DNA of 64,000 nt from Octopus vulgaris (lineage: Eukaryota): NCBI GenBank assembly GCA_951406725.2, contig OX597816.1:65534001-65598000 (forward strand), read 5' to 3'. A program made the translations under genes and the position numbers. Each line of letters starts with the position of its first letter. Positions within the stretch are counted from its first letter, which is position 1. Of the stretch, positions 11,989 to 23,900 are shown in pieces. The notes under the pieces are model-generated. The model was not told the origin of the DNA. It worked only from the letters and a program-made list of their open reading frames with translations, and made no database searches.

Positions 11989-14900
11989 GCATGTGCACAC
12001 ATAGATACACACACAAACACATATATACACACATTCATCTATACACCAATTTTAAAAAATAATGAAATCCATATACCGATCTTTTAGTACTGTATTGTTT
12101 TGATTATTATTGAAAGGTGTCTAATATGTGGGCCTGTGTATGAGAGTATATAAATACACACTCATATATATGTATATGTGTATTTTTGTATATATGTGCA
12201 TATATATATATATATTTATATATATATATGCATGTATGTATGTATAAATCCATTTAATTATCTAGTTAGTGTATTGTATTAAAACCTGTTGCTATTAGCT
12301 GAACACAATGTAAAACTGGGTGTAACTAGTACATAATCAAAACTTCATTTTCATACTGTTGCATTGTGACAATGGAAAGTCATGTCATATTGTTTAACAT
12401 TTCATTATGACCAATCTACATAAAGACCCCACCAACTAAGTGCAGCAACCTCAGTAAGTAAATACTCATAGATTGCTAGTGCTATCTGCATATATTAGAG
12501 AACTAAACCATTACATGGTCTCTGCATACGGTTAGATGAATGGGGGTCATCGAAAATCAAGCGCTCTTGCCATGAATTATCTCACTGAAGTGCCAGCTAC
12601 AAGGGAAAAAAATTCAATTCTCACCCTCTCTTTACATCTATCACAGTGTCAAGACAAGGGTACACACAAACACACACACACACACCTATACAAATACAAA
12701 AGGTTTCTTTCAGTTTCCATCTACTAAATCCACTCACAAGCCTTTGGCTGACCTTGAGACTATAACAGAAGACACTTGCCACAGGTGCCATGCAATGAGA
12801 GTGAACCCAACACCCCCCATGGCTGAGAAGTTTTCACACAGCCATACCTGCCCCAATCATAATCTAGCAATTTCATCATAATTTAGCAACTACACTCTCG
12901 AAGTGGTTGGCGTTAGGAAGGGCATCAAGCTGTAGAAACTCTGCCAAATCAAGATTGGAGCCTGGTGCAGCCACCTGGTTCGCCAGCCCTCAGTCAAAAT
13001 CGTCCAACCCATGCTAGCATGGAAAGTGGACGTTAAACAATGATGATGATCATCATCATGGAAGTGACATTTTAGTAGTCTAAAAACAACATAAAACTAT
13101 TCCAAGCACTTTTCATTTATTTCTTGAGATATCAAAATTTTCATCGCACAACTGCACCCTGGTCACCAAGACCATTCCATTGACACTGTATCAGGGACAA
13201 AGTTGCAGTTACTTATTTAAACCTTCTGCTGCCTATGAAGCATACACTCTTGATAACTTTTCTCAAATGCTCTCAATTCTGGAGTATCTTTTCTGCTGCT
13301 TTTCAGTTGGATTGCTGCTTTTTTAGCTCTACCTTAGTATCCCATCATCATCATCATCGTTTAACATCCGCTTTCCATGCTAGCATGGGTTGGACAATTT
13401 GACTGAGGACTGGCAAACCAGGTGGCTGCACCAAGCTCCAATCTTGATCTGCCAAAGTTTCTACAGCCGGATGCCCTTCCTCGCACCAACCACTCCGAGA
13501 GTGTAGTGGGTGCTTTTACGTGCCACCAGCACAAGGGCCAGTCAGGCAGTACTGGCAATGACCTCGCTCGAATAGTGTTTTGTACATGCCACCTGCACCA
13601 GATATTTTGGTGGGACATTTTCTCTTCTGCCTCCCTTGTGGATTTATATTTTTTCCCAAGTGAATACCTTCCTCTCCCAGGTCTTGTTGGCTTTGAAATG
13701 TCATTGATGCTTCAGTAACTTTGCTTTTTTTTTTTCTAGGCAGCAGTTTTGGCCCTGTGTAAACCTATTTTAACCTCTAGAAAGAGGCAGCCATTATTAG
13801 GCCTCTGTTCTTTCACCTGCCCAGCATGAGAAACCCTATCAGGAACCCCTTTATATGTGTGTGTGCGCGTGTGTGTGTGTGTGTGTGTACATGTACCTTT
13901 GTTATAAGATTATGTGATAGTTGTAAAGAGAGGATGAGATTCAAAATTTTTTTTATTCTTCAAGAATCAAGATTATTTTCCTTGTAGCTGAGCACTTCAG
14001 TGAGATAGTTCGTGTCAAGAGCACTTGATTTTTGATGACCCCATTCACATAATTGTATGCAGGGACCACAGAATGGTTTAGTTCACCAATATATGCTGGC
14101 ATAGTTCTCAGGGTCATTGAAGCATGTAAGCCACTACACTGAAACAAGGACTGGACCACGCATGTTCAAAACTTTCAAGACCACAAAAAATAATTAATTT
14201 TTTTGTGTGTTGCTAGGGGGTTAAAATGGCTGCTACACCATGCATTTGCATCAGTTTCAAAACACGGTCTCAAATCAAATCACTTGTTAGACAAATACAA
14301 CTTCAAAATATGAAAATTTAGTTTACTTACTTCAATTTGTTCTTTGATTAAAGTCTAAAAATGAAAAGGAAAATAGAAACAGGATAATTTAAGATTATTT
14401 CATTCATAATCATATAATAAATGTACAAGCAGCACAACATGGGCAAGGAAAGTACTTGTCCATAGTTTTCTATTTAAAAGTAGATGAAATAGAAAATTCA
14501 AAAAAACATATCAAAAATAACATGGAAAAATTATGATTTCAAGTTCTTTATTTCATTTTATTCATTTATGTGTTTCAGCATAAAGGCTGTTACCATGCTG
14601 GGGCAAGATAATTAGAAATCAACAGTAACTATTCTCCTAAAATTAAAAGGAATCAAGAAGGAATAATTTACAATGTCCCTGACACAGTAACTTAGCATGA
14701 GTGTGTGTGAACCAGGGCAGCTCTTGAGTATCCCCATTGTCACTAGCTCCCCACCGCCCAAGCCTATACAGGGTTATACAGCAGACTTAAAAGCATTGCT
14801 CCCATAAAAGTGTTGCTCAGAACAGATTGGTTCCTCCCCTCCTCCGGCAATGCTACTGTCATAGCAAATATTTCATTTCAACAGAACATCCTTATGTCCT

Positions 14901-17900
14901 GCTGAAACTCAAGCTACTGTCACAGATTTACTCTGCAGCTGTCAACCTCCAACCAGTTAAAAGAGACATTAACAACATCTGTCTCACTAGTGTTGGAGAA
15001 GCTTTAAGGGTCATGTGCACAGCTGTATACTTCGTCCAATCCTAGGTTGCATCCAAAGCAAGACCACCAAACTGAATAGCCTCTGGCCTACATACATGTG
15101 TCCCTTTGCTGCCTTTTATAATGGCACTAAAATGGTCTCTGTTCCACAGAACCACTTCCACTCAAAGGCACTCTTAATACACTCATCTCACTTCCTACCA
15201 TTACCAATAATGGACTCTTCCCCCAAAGTCCTACACTAATAACTATGTCCAGCCTTTACTCCCTTACAGCATTGGCCTTCTAGGATTCCCACTCACACCA
15301 AATTTACCCTGCAGCTGTCAACCTCAAATCAGCTAAAAGGGACATTAACTGCATCTATTTCACTAGTATTGGAGAACCTGCAAGGGTCATGGGAACAGCT
15401 CTATCCTTCAGACAAATTCAATAAAAAAAAATCTCATATCCATCATTTGTTAATTATGACCATAATCATTAACCTCATTGTTTTCATGTCCACTTATCCA
15501 TGCTCAAATGGGTCTGATTAAATTCACTGAGGCAGATTTTTCTATGAGCAGATGGCCTTTCTGTCACCAACATTCAACTGTTTCCAAGCAACATAACATT
15601 TCCTCATTGCCAGTTATGTTTCTGCAGAATATTGGAAATGAATGATGCTGCTTATCTCACAGTAACACTTATTTACAATTATCACACAATGTGAAGACAA
15701 GGAGACACACATGCACAGACACAGACACACACTCACACATATATGTATGAGGGATTGCTTTCCATTTCCATCTACCAAATCTACTGACAAGGCTTTTGTT
15801 AGCCAGAAGGCTGCACCAGGCTCCAGTCTGATCTGGCAGTGTTTCTACACCTGGATGCCCTTCCTAACGCCAACCACTCCAAGAGTGTAATGGGTGCTTT
15901 TTTACATGCCACCAGCACAGGGGCCAGAGGAGGCTGGTAACAGCAACGATTGGTTGGTGCTTTTTACGTGCCACCGGCACGGAAGCCAGTCAAGGCAGAG
16001 CTGGCATGTAACTTTTTATTTGATAGAAGAAATAAGGACAAGTCTTCTCAAGCACAGCAAATCACCAAAGGTCTCAGTCACTTGGTCTGTGAGGCCCAAA
16101 GTTCAAAGATCATGTTTCACCACCTCATCCTATGTCTTCCTGGGTCTACCTCTACTACAGGTTCTCTCCAGTTAGAGAGCAGCACTTATTTACACAGCTG
16201 TCCTCATCCATATGCATCACATAACCACACTAGAGCAGTTGTCTCTGTTGCACACCACATCTGATGCCTCTTCTGCCCAACTTTTCTCTCAAGATGCTTG
16301 CACTTTGTTGAACATGCACACTGACATTGCACATCCAGCAGAGCATACTGGTTTCATTTCTTTCAAGCCTCCACATGTCCTCGGCTGTCACAGCCCATAT
16401 TTCACTGTTGTGTAACCTAGCTGTTTGCGCACAGGCATCATACAATCTGCCTTGCACTCTAAAAGAGAGGCCCTTTGTTGCCAGCAGTGGTAGGAGCTCA
16501 CTGAATTTTGCCCAGCCTAATCTTATTCTCACAGCTTTGCTCTTTAAGCATCCACCTCTGCTACTAACCTGGTCACCTAGATAACAGAAGCTATCAACTA
16601 CCTCTAGCTTACCCCACTGGCAGTTGATGGAGTCTATTTTCTGTACATTTTTGGTGTTTATTGTACCTGTGCATCTTCCACACACAAAAGCTATTTTCCC
16701 TGTTAACCTTCCTATGATATTGCTGCACCTCTTATGTATCCATAGCTTACATTGGGTACATCTTATGGAGTACCTATGCCTCTTCTACAGATTGACAGGG
16801 CTATCTACCCGAAGGGATTTGAAATTTGTCTGCCTTCCTACTTACTAAGACTTTGGTTTTTGTTAGGTTGTGTGTGTGTGTGTGTGTATCTACATAAATG
16901 TTACAATTTCCTTGCAACCATTGCAGGTGTTATCCTTCATTTCCTATATATATAGATATACATATAAATGTATATTTGTTTAATGGGCTTCTTTCAGTTT
17001 TCATCAACCAACTCCACCCACAATACTTTAGTCAATCCAGGGCCATAGCAGAAGACACTTGCCCAAGGTGCCACACAGTGGGACTAAACCCAAGGCCACA
17101 CGATTGGGAAGCAAGCTTCTTAACCACACAGCCATGCCTCGACCTACCAGCATCAAAAAAATAAAATAACAGTACAAAAATAAAAACAAAAACAAAACAC
17201 AACCGACATAGAAGAGTTCTTTTCCTCACCTGCAGCAGCTCTTCAATGACAGAGCGACGATTGTATTTCCTCTCACTTGCTTCCCGAGCTACAATACAGG
17301 ATGGTGCTGTGTGAACTTCAATACTGTTATCTCCTGTTGACATGGTCAACTCTATGCCTAGGGTTAACAAGAGAGGAAATTACTTCAACAAAAAACATTT
17401 GTCTTTCATTTGTCAGGCTGAAGACATTAGGCTTACTTTGGACAAGATCAATGTTACGCAACCTTTTCAATCTTGGGGAACCCTTGAAAGATAATATTCC
17501 TTGTCACAGGGATCATCATCACCTGCCAAAGGTACCTATTTCTTTACTACCCACAATGGGCTAAACACAGAGGGGACAAACGGATTAAGTCGATTATATC
17601 GACCCCAGTGCATAACTGGTACTTATTTAATCGACCCTGAAAGAATGAAAGGCAAAGTCAACCGCGGCGGAATTTGAACTTAGAACGTAGCGGCAGACGA
17701 AATACCTATTTCTTTACTACCCACAAGGGGCTAAACACAGAGGGGACAAACAAGGACAGACAAACGGATTAAGTTGATTACATCGACCCCAGTACGTAAC
17801 CGGTACTTAGCTTATCGACCCCGAAAGGATGAAAGGCAGAGTCGACCTCGGCAGAATTTGAACTCAGAACATAATGGCAGACAAAATACGGCTACACATT

Positions 17901-20900
17901 TCGCCCAGCTTGCTAACGTTTCTGCCAGCTCGCCAAAGTTACCATGCAACTGTGTGATCGCAAAGCAAGCTTCTTAGTCACAGAGCAATGTCAGTAATTG
18001 TCTTCATTTCAAAGAGCAAATACAAAGAAACATGAAAATGTTAGGGCAATGTAACAGAAAACAAACATACATACCAATTTTGAGAAACTCAGGAAAGAAA
18101 GACTGAATCATTCTCATTTCACGGTCAGAAAATGATAAAACTAATGGTGGAACTATATTCGAGTAACTTATTCTTCTGGGAGTATCACCATTAGTGTCTT
18201 CGGTTTGGTACATTTCTGAAAATTATAAAGAAAACACACAACAATTCACATTGCAATTAAGATACATAATCTTTATATTTAAGGGAGTAAAGATTGTTTT
18301 AAAGATGTGGCTTTAGAGTTTTTAGCATATCAAATGATTTTTGTAGAAAGTTACTTGTCATCAGATAGCACTAAACGTACAAATAAAAAAATTTCAGTGT
18401 GTGTGTGTTTGTGCGTACCCTTGTCTCATATAGACTTCAACTGTATTGTTGGGCTGACCAAAGCCTTATGAGTAGATTTAGTAGATGACAACTGAAAGAT
18501 CTTCATATATAAATATATATAGGCGCAGAAGTGGCTGTGCAGTAAGTAGCTTGCTTACCAACCACATGGTTCCGGGTTCAGTCTCACTGCTGTGGCACCT
18601 TGGGCAAGTGTCTTCTACTATAGCCTCGGGCCGACTAAAGCCCTGTGAGTGGATTTGGTAGACAGAAACTGAAAGAAGCCCGTCGTATATATGTATCTAT
18701 ATATATGTATGTGTGTCTGTGTTTGTCCCCCAACATCGCTTGACAACCGATGCTGGTGTGTTTACATCCCTGTAACTTAGCGGTTCAGTAAAAGAGACCA
18801 ATAGAATAAGTATTAGGCTTCCAAAGAATAAGTCCTGGGGTCGATTTGCTCGACTAAAGGTGGTGCTCCAGCATGGCCACAGTCAAATGACTGAAACAAG
18901 TAAAAGTAAAAGAGTAAAAGAGAAAGTCAGCCCTGATTCACCAGATATATGGTCAGACTTTCTAGACATGATAATCCCAATTTTTTTTCTCAAGCATAAT
19001 GTGTTTAGAGCTACAGCACCCAAAAGGGAAATCTGGGTGCTATGCCTGGCTGCTTGAATGATCACATAACTCTTCTCTCAAGCTTTATTCCATGATGCAC
19101 CATAGTCAATAAGTTTAAAAGCTATGACAACCATGTCACTATACTCCACTGGCCTTATCCTGCCTAGCTAAAATCAAAATAGGCTGCACTACACACATTT
19201 GATAAATAAAGGTTTCAACGTACAAAGAGCATACAAGTAGAAAAACATTTACATCACCCACAAAAATTTCTGGTTTTATAACGTCATCCAAGAAACAGTT
19301 AAGGAAATTAAACATATCCTTACCTTCTGTTAGTTGCTCCAAACGGACTCGCTCATGGGCAGCATGTTGGTCAACTATAATCAGATGGTCAGGTGCTGAA
19401 GATGAAGAAATCAGAGTTATTCTAGACATCATTTTGAAATCATAACGACCTCTCACACTTTCTGTTTGCCCCTGTTTATTTCCAGTCTGCAAATGCCTGT
19501 AAATATTATTAGCACTGCTGCTTTTCTTTGAATAAATTTTTGCATATCTGACACAAGGCCAGCAATTTTGAGGGAAGGAAGCAAGCTGATTACATCATCT
19601 CCCCACCTCCCAGCACTTAACTGGTACTATTTTATTGACCAAACTCACACCCCACAAAAGGATGAAGGGTAAAGCTGACCAAGACAACTTTTGAACTCAG
19701 AATGTAAATTGCCAGAAAAAAATGCTTCTATGCATTTTATCTGGTGTGATAATATACACATGCATGCACATACACACAAGGTCAATTAACAACTCACTTG
19801 TTGTTGGACAGGTCCCAGAACGAACAATGCAGGCAATGAATTTTTTATCCACTTGACCAACAGCCTGTAAATTAGAAAAACAGAATTAAAGATAAAATCA
19901 TTATTCCAGCCACATTTGTTTTCTAAGCTGCTCTCTCCACTGCCACATCATCCCTCGTGGCTTCTGTCTAAAATACTACACCAATCTGTACTATCTCTGA
20001 ACCTATCATCACTTGCACTTCCCATCTTCTCACCCAAGCAACCATTTGTTTCACTCTCTCATGTATCTGCACGCTTTACTACCAACTCTCCACTCCTACA
20101 CCAATGGCTGCTATGCAACAGTAAATTTATATAAATAGGATGTGTGTACTGAACCTCAAGTTGAGACAGCATAGTTTTGGTAAACTGGCATTGGTGGGTT
20201 ACACGGCGATGTTTAGCGCCCTTGAAATTGTTAATCCATGTTTTAAGAATTTCCTGAAAAAAATAAACAAAGAAATTAGCAAATTCTGTTTAATGATTGA
20301 ATCGATCAATTTTTGACAATAGAGGACTCAGTTCAAATCCAATCACAAGATTTTTCGGTGTATTTACAATAGACATAATAGAGAGAGACTAATTGGCAAA
20401 ATGAGAGAAATAATTAGCGGGTGAAGGAACAGATAAGGATGTGTGGTTAAAAGGTTTATTTCACAAACATACGGTTCCAGGTACAATCTCACCACACTGT
20501 AACTTGAATAAATATCTTTATCTCTAGTTCACTCTGCTGGGTGGTCAGTGTTAGGAAGGGTATCCAGCTGTAAAAACCCTGCTAAAACAGACACAAAAGC
20601 CTGGTGCAGGCTCCTGCCTGGCTAAAACAAAGAAACAGTAACACACACATTCATATAAACACATATATATATACGACAAACTTCTTTTTATTTCCACCAG
20701 CTAACTCCACTCACAAAGCTTTAGTTGTCCAGGGACTATAGTGGAAGACAAAGTTTCTTACAGTGGGGCTGAACCGAAGAAAAAAAACAGATAAAGGTTA
20801 GCACCAGGAAGCACATCATATCTGGCTATAAAACATTATCTGAGTAATATGGATGTAAAATGAACAAAATGCAATGAAATGAAAGTGATACTGAACTTTA

Positions 20901-23900
20901 GTAAAAGCAATGAACTTGGCTGTATGACATTACCATTATCGTAAACAGGCACCAAAATTTCAATGTTATAGGAGAGAGTAAATGAGATTGTGTTTCATTT
21001 ATGTCCCTCACAAGCTGCTGAGTTAGACTGTCTTTTCATTTACACATAAGCATTTATTATTACTTTAGTACATGCACACAAACATACACTCTACCAAATT
21101 CACCAGACTTTTAACATTGTTGTCTCTGATTTTTACCAATTCCTTTGATATTTTCTTTACAGAATTCATAGACTTTTCTCTTTTTTCCAAATTTTAGTTT
21201 AAACTGTCTCCTTCATTAAAAAAACACACTTTCACACTTCAACATACTTTTGTAACTACTTGCACACAACACACACGCACACAACACACACACACCAATA
21301 AACACTTTCTGTATTGCTCTTGCCATCCCATCTGACTCAGCAATATCTTTATTCCTTCATTCATACTCACTTCTACTCACACCACCCATCTAATGATCAC
21401 ACACACATACCAACACCCCATCCAGTCTCTAAACAATGCCACAATATTTCTACACTTCCACACCTCTATACACATACATAAACTACAATAACACACACAC
21501 ATGCCAACATGTCACTCCCAGACACACTCTTTCACTTACATCTAAAAGTCTCTCCCCTTTCTCCCTTCTTAACCCCCTCTTCTCATAGAACAGCATCTTC
21601 ACCTGATTTTTAACCCTTCACTCTTTCTTCATATGCTGACTATTTCTCTTTCTTACTCCTTCTATGCTTCTCTTTCCTTTGATGAAGGACTAAAGTCCAA
21701 AATGTTAAGAACTTTCACTTACCTTGTTTGTGAAACTTTGTTCCTCTAGTGTTGACCTTTTTTTTATTTTTCATTCTACACACACACACACACACATATA
21801 CATGACAAGCTTCTTTCAGTTTTTATCTCTTAAATTCGCTCACAAAGCTTTGATCAGCCTGAGGTTATAATAGAAAACACTTGCCCAAGGTGCCAGAAAA
21901 TAGAACTGAACCTGAAACCATGCAACTGCAAAGTAAATTTCTTCATTACACCGCTAGGCCAGCATCTTTCTGATTTAAAATTGCAATTGAGCTATCTTGC
22001 TTTTTATCCTTCCTAGATAGGATTAAATATAACAAGCTCTGTTCCACCAAGTACTGCTATTACTCAGCACTCCATTTTCAAATATTCCTTTGGGTATCCT
22101 ATTTTGAAATGTGTACAGGTCCTAGATCAGACTTAGATAAAAAGGGGAGATGAGATGGTGAGTTAACTATCCTAGCCTAACAACAATTAACAAGAATGAC
22201 TCAAACATCTACACATACAAACTAGTTGTTGTGGTGACTCAAAATTGCAACAAATGAAATACCTTTTCAGCTTGACGAAACACAGTATTCTTCCAGATGT
22301 TCCACAGTTCAATAATAGGATCTAAACAAATATAGAATCAATATAAAAGTAATATAAAACAGTGTGGGAGAGTGTTTGAATGGACTTTGGGGGTCTTCAG
22401 TTCAAACACAAAAAGACCAAACATGAGAACTAATGATCACAAAATCAGAATACTAAAAATTCAGAATATCACCACCATAATATCACAACATCAAATCTTC
22501 AAATTTCAAAATATTTTAAGGAAAAACAATAATAAAAACATTCCTTGTTTCAGTCATTTGAATGTGGCCATGCTGGAGCATCACTTTAGTCGAGCAAATC
22601 GACCCCAGGACTTATTCTTTGGAAGCCTAGTACTTATTCTATCAGTCTCTTTTGTCGAACCGCTAAGTTATGGGGATATAGACACACCAGCATCAGTTGT
22701 CAAGCGATGTTGGGGGGGGGGACAAACACAGACACACAAATACACACATATATATACATATATACGACGGGCTTCGTTCAGTTTCTGTCTACCAAATCCA
22801 CTCACAAGGCTATGGTTGGCCTGAGGCTATAGTAGAAGAAACTTGCCCAAGGTGTCACACAGTGGGACTGAACCCGGAACCATGAGGTTCATAAGCAGGC
22901 TGCTTACCACACAGCCACTCCTACGCCTATATTTATTTAAAGTTTTAAAAGGGAGCTTATTTGCAGGAAATATATTTATCTTTTCTTTTACTTGATTTAG
23001 TCATTGGACTACAGCCATTCTGTGGTGCCACCTTGAAGGAGTTTAGTCAAGTAGATTAACCCCACCACTCCAGTGCTTATTGTTTTAGGTGGACAGACGG
23101 ATGGACAGATAGACAGATAGAGCTTGAATGACCTAGGGATTGAACTCAGACCTACTAGCTATCTTACCTACAAAACTTTAACTCTCTCCATTATCAGTTC
23201 ATAATAATGATTACTACTGGTGTTTGTCACAACAAACAGAATAAGTAAATGCAAGGTTTGTACAAGGAATGATAATCAATGGCAAAATACTTCCATTTCA
23301 AAAAGACTACATTAGAAGATTAGAAAAATCTCTGTTTACATGAACAGATTTACAATAAAAATAAGACATAAAACTAGTCTAAACATGTAGGAAAAATTGA
23401 CGATTAACAATAAAAGAAAAAAACAGAATAAATCCAACAGGTGGACATTGGTCAGAGATAAGATAGTGATTGGACACTAAACTCTGCTTGTGAAGACCTG
23501 TTGAGGCAAGTGAAATCGAAATCGAAATCAAATTCAATGACTGGCATCCGTGCTAGTGGAGCGCTAAGAATACCATACAAGCGTAATCATTGCCAGAGCA
23601 ACAAGCTGGCCTCCATGCTGATGGCATGTAAAAAACACCATTCGAGTGTGATTGTTACCTGCGTCGCCTTACTGGCACTTGTGCCAGTGGCACATGAAAA
23701 AACATTCGAGCGAGGTTGTTGCCAGTGCTGCTGGACTGACTCCTGTGCATGTGGCACATAAAAAGCACCATTTGAGTGTGGCCGTGCCAGTACCACCTGA
23801 CTGGCTCTCGTGCTGGTGGCACGTAAAAGCACCCACTACACTCTTGGAGTGGTTGGCGTTAGGAAGGGCATCCAGCTGTAGAAACCTGCCAGATCAGATT

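Noticed and set aside
19396-19497. Longer version of the endonuclease exon suggested by the ORF track
   Set aside because: The upstream AG acceptors I checked (19497, 19487) are out of phase; the acceptor at 19396 fits and gives 72 nt.
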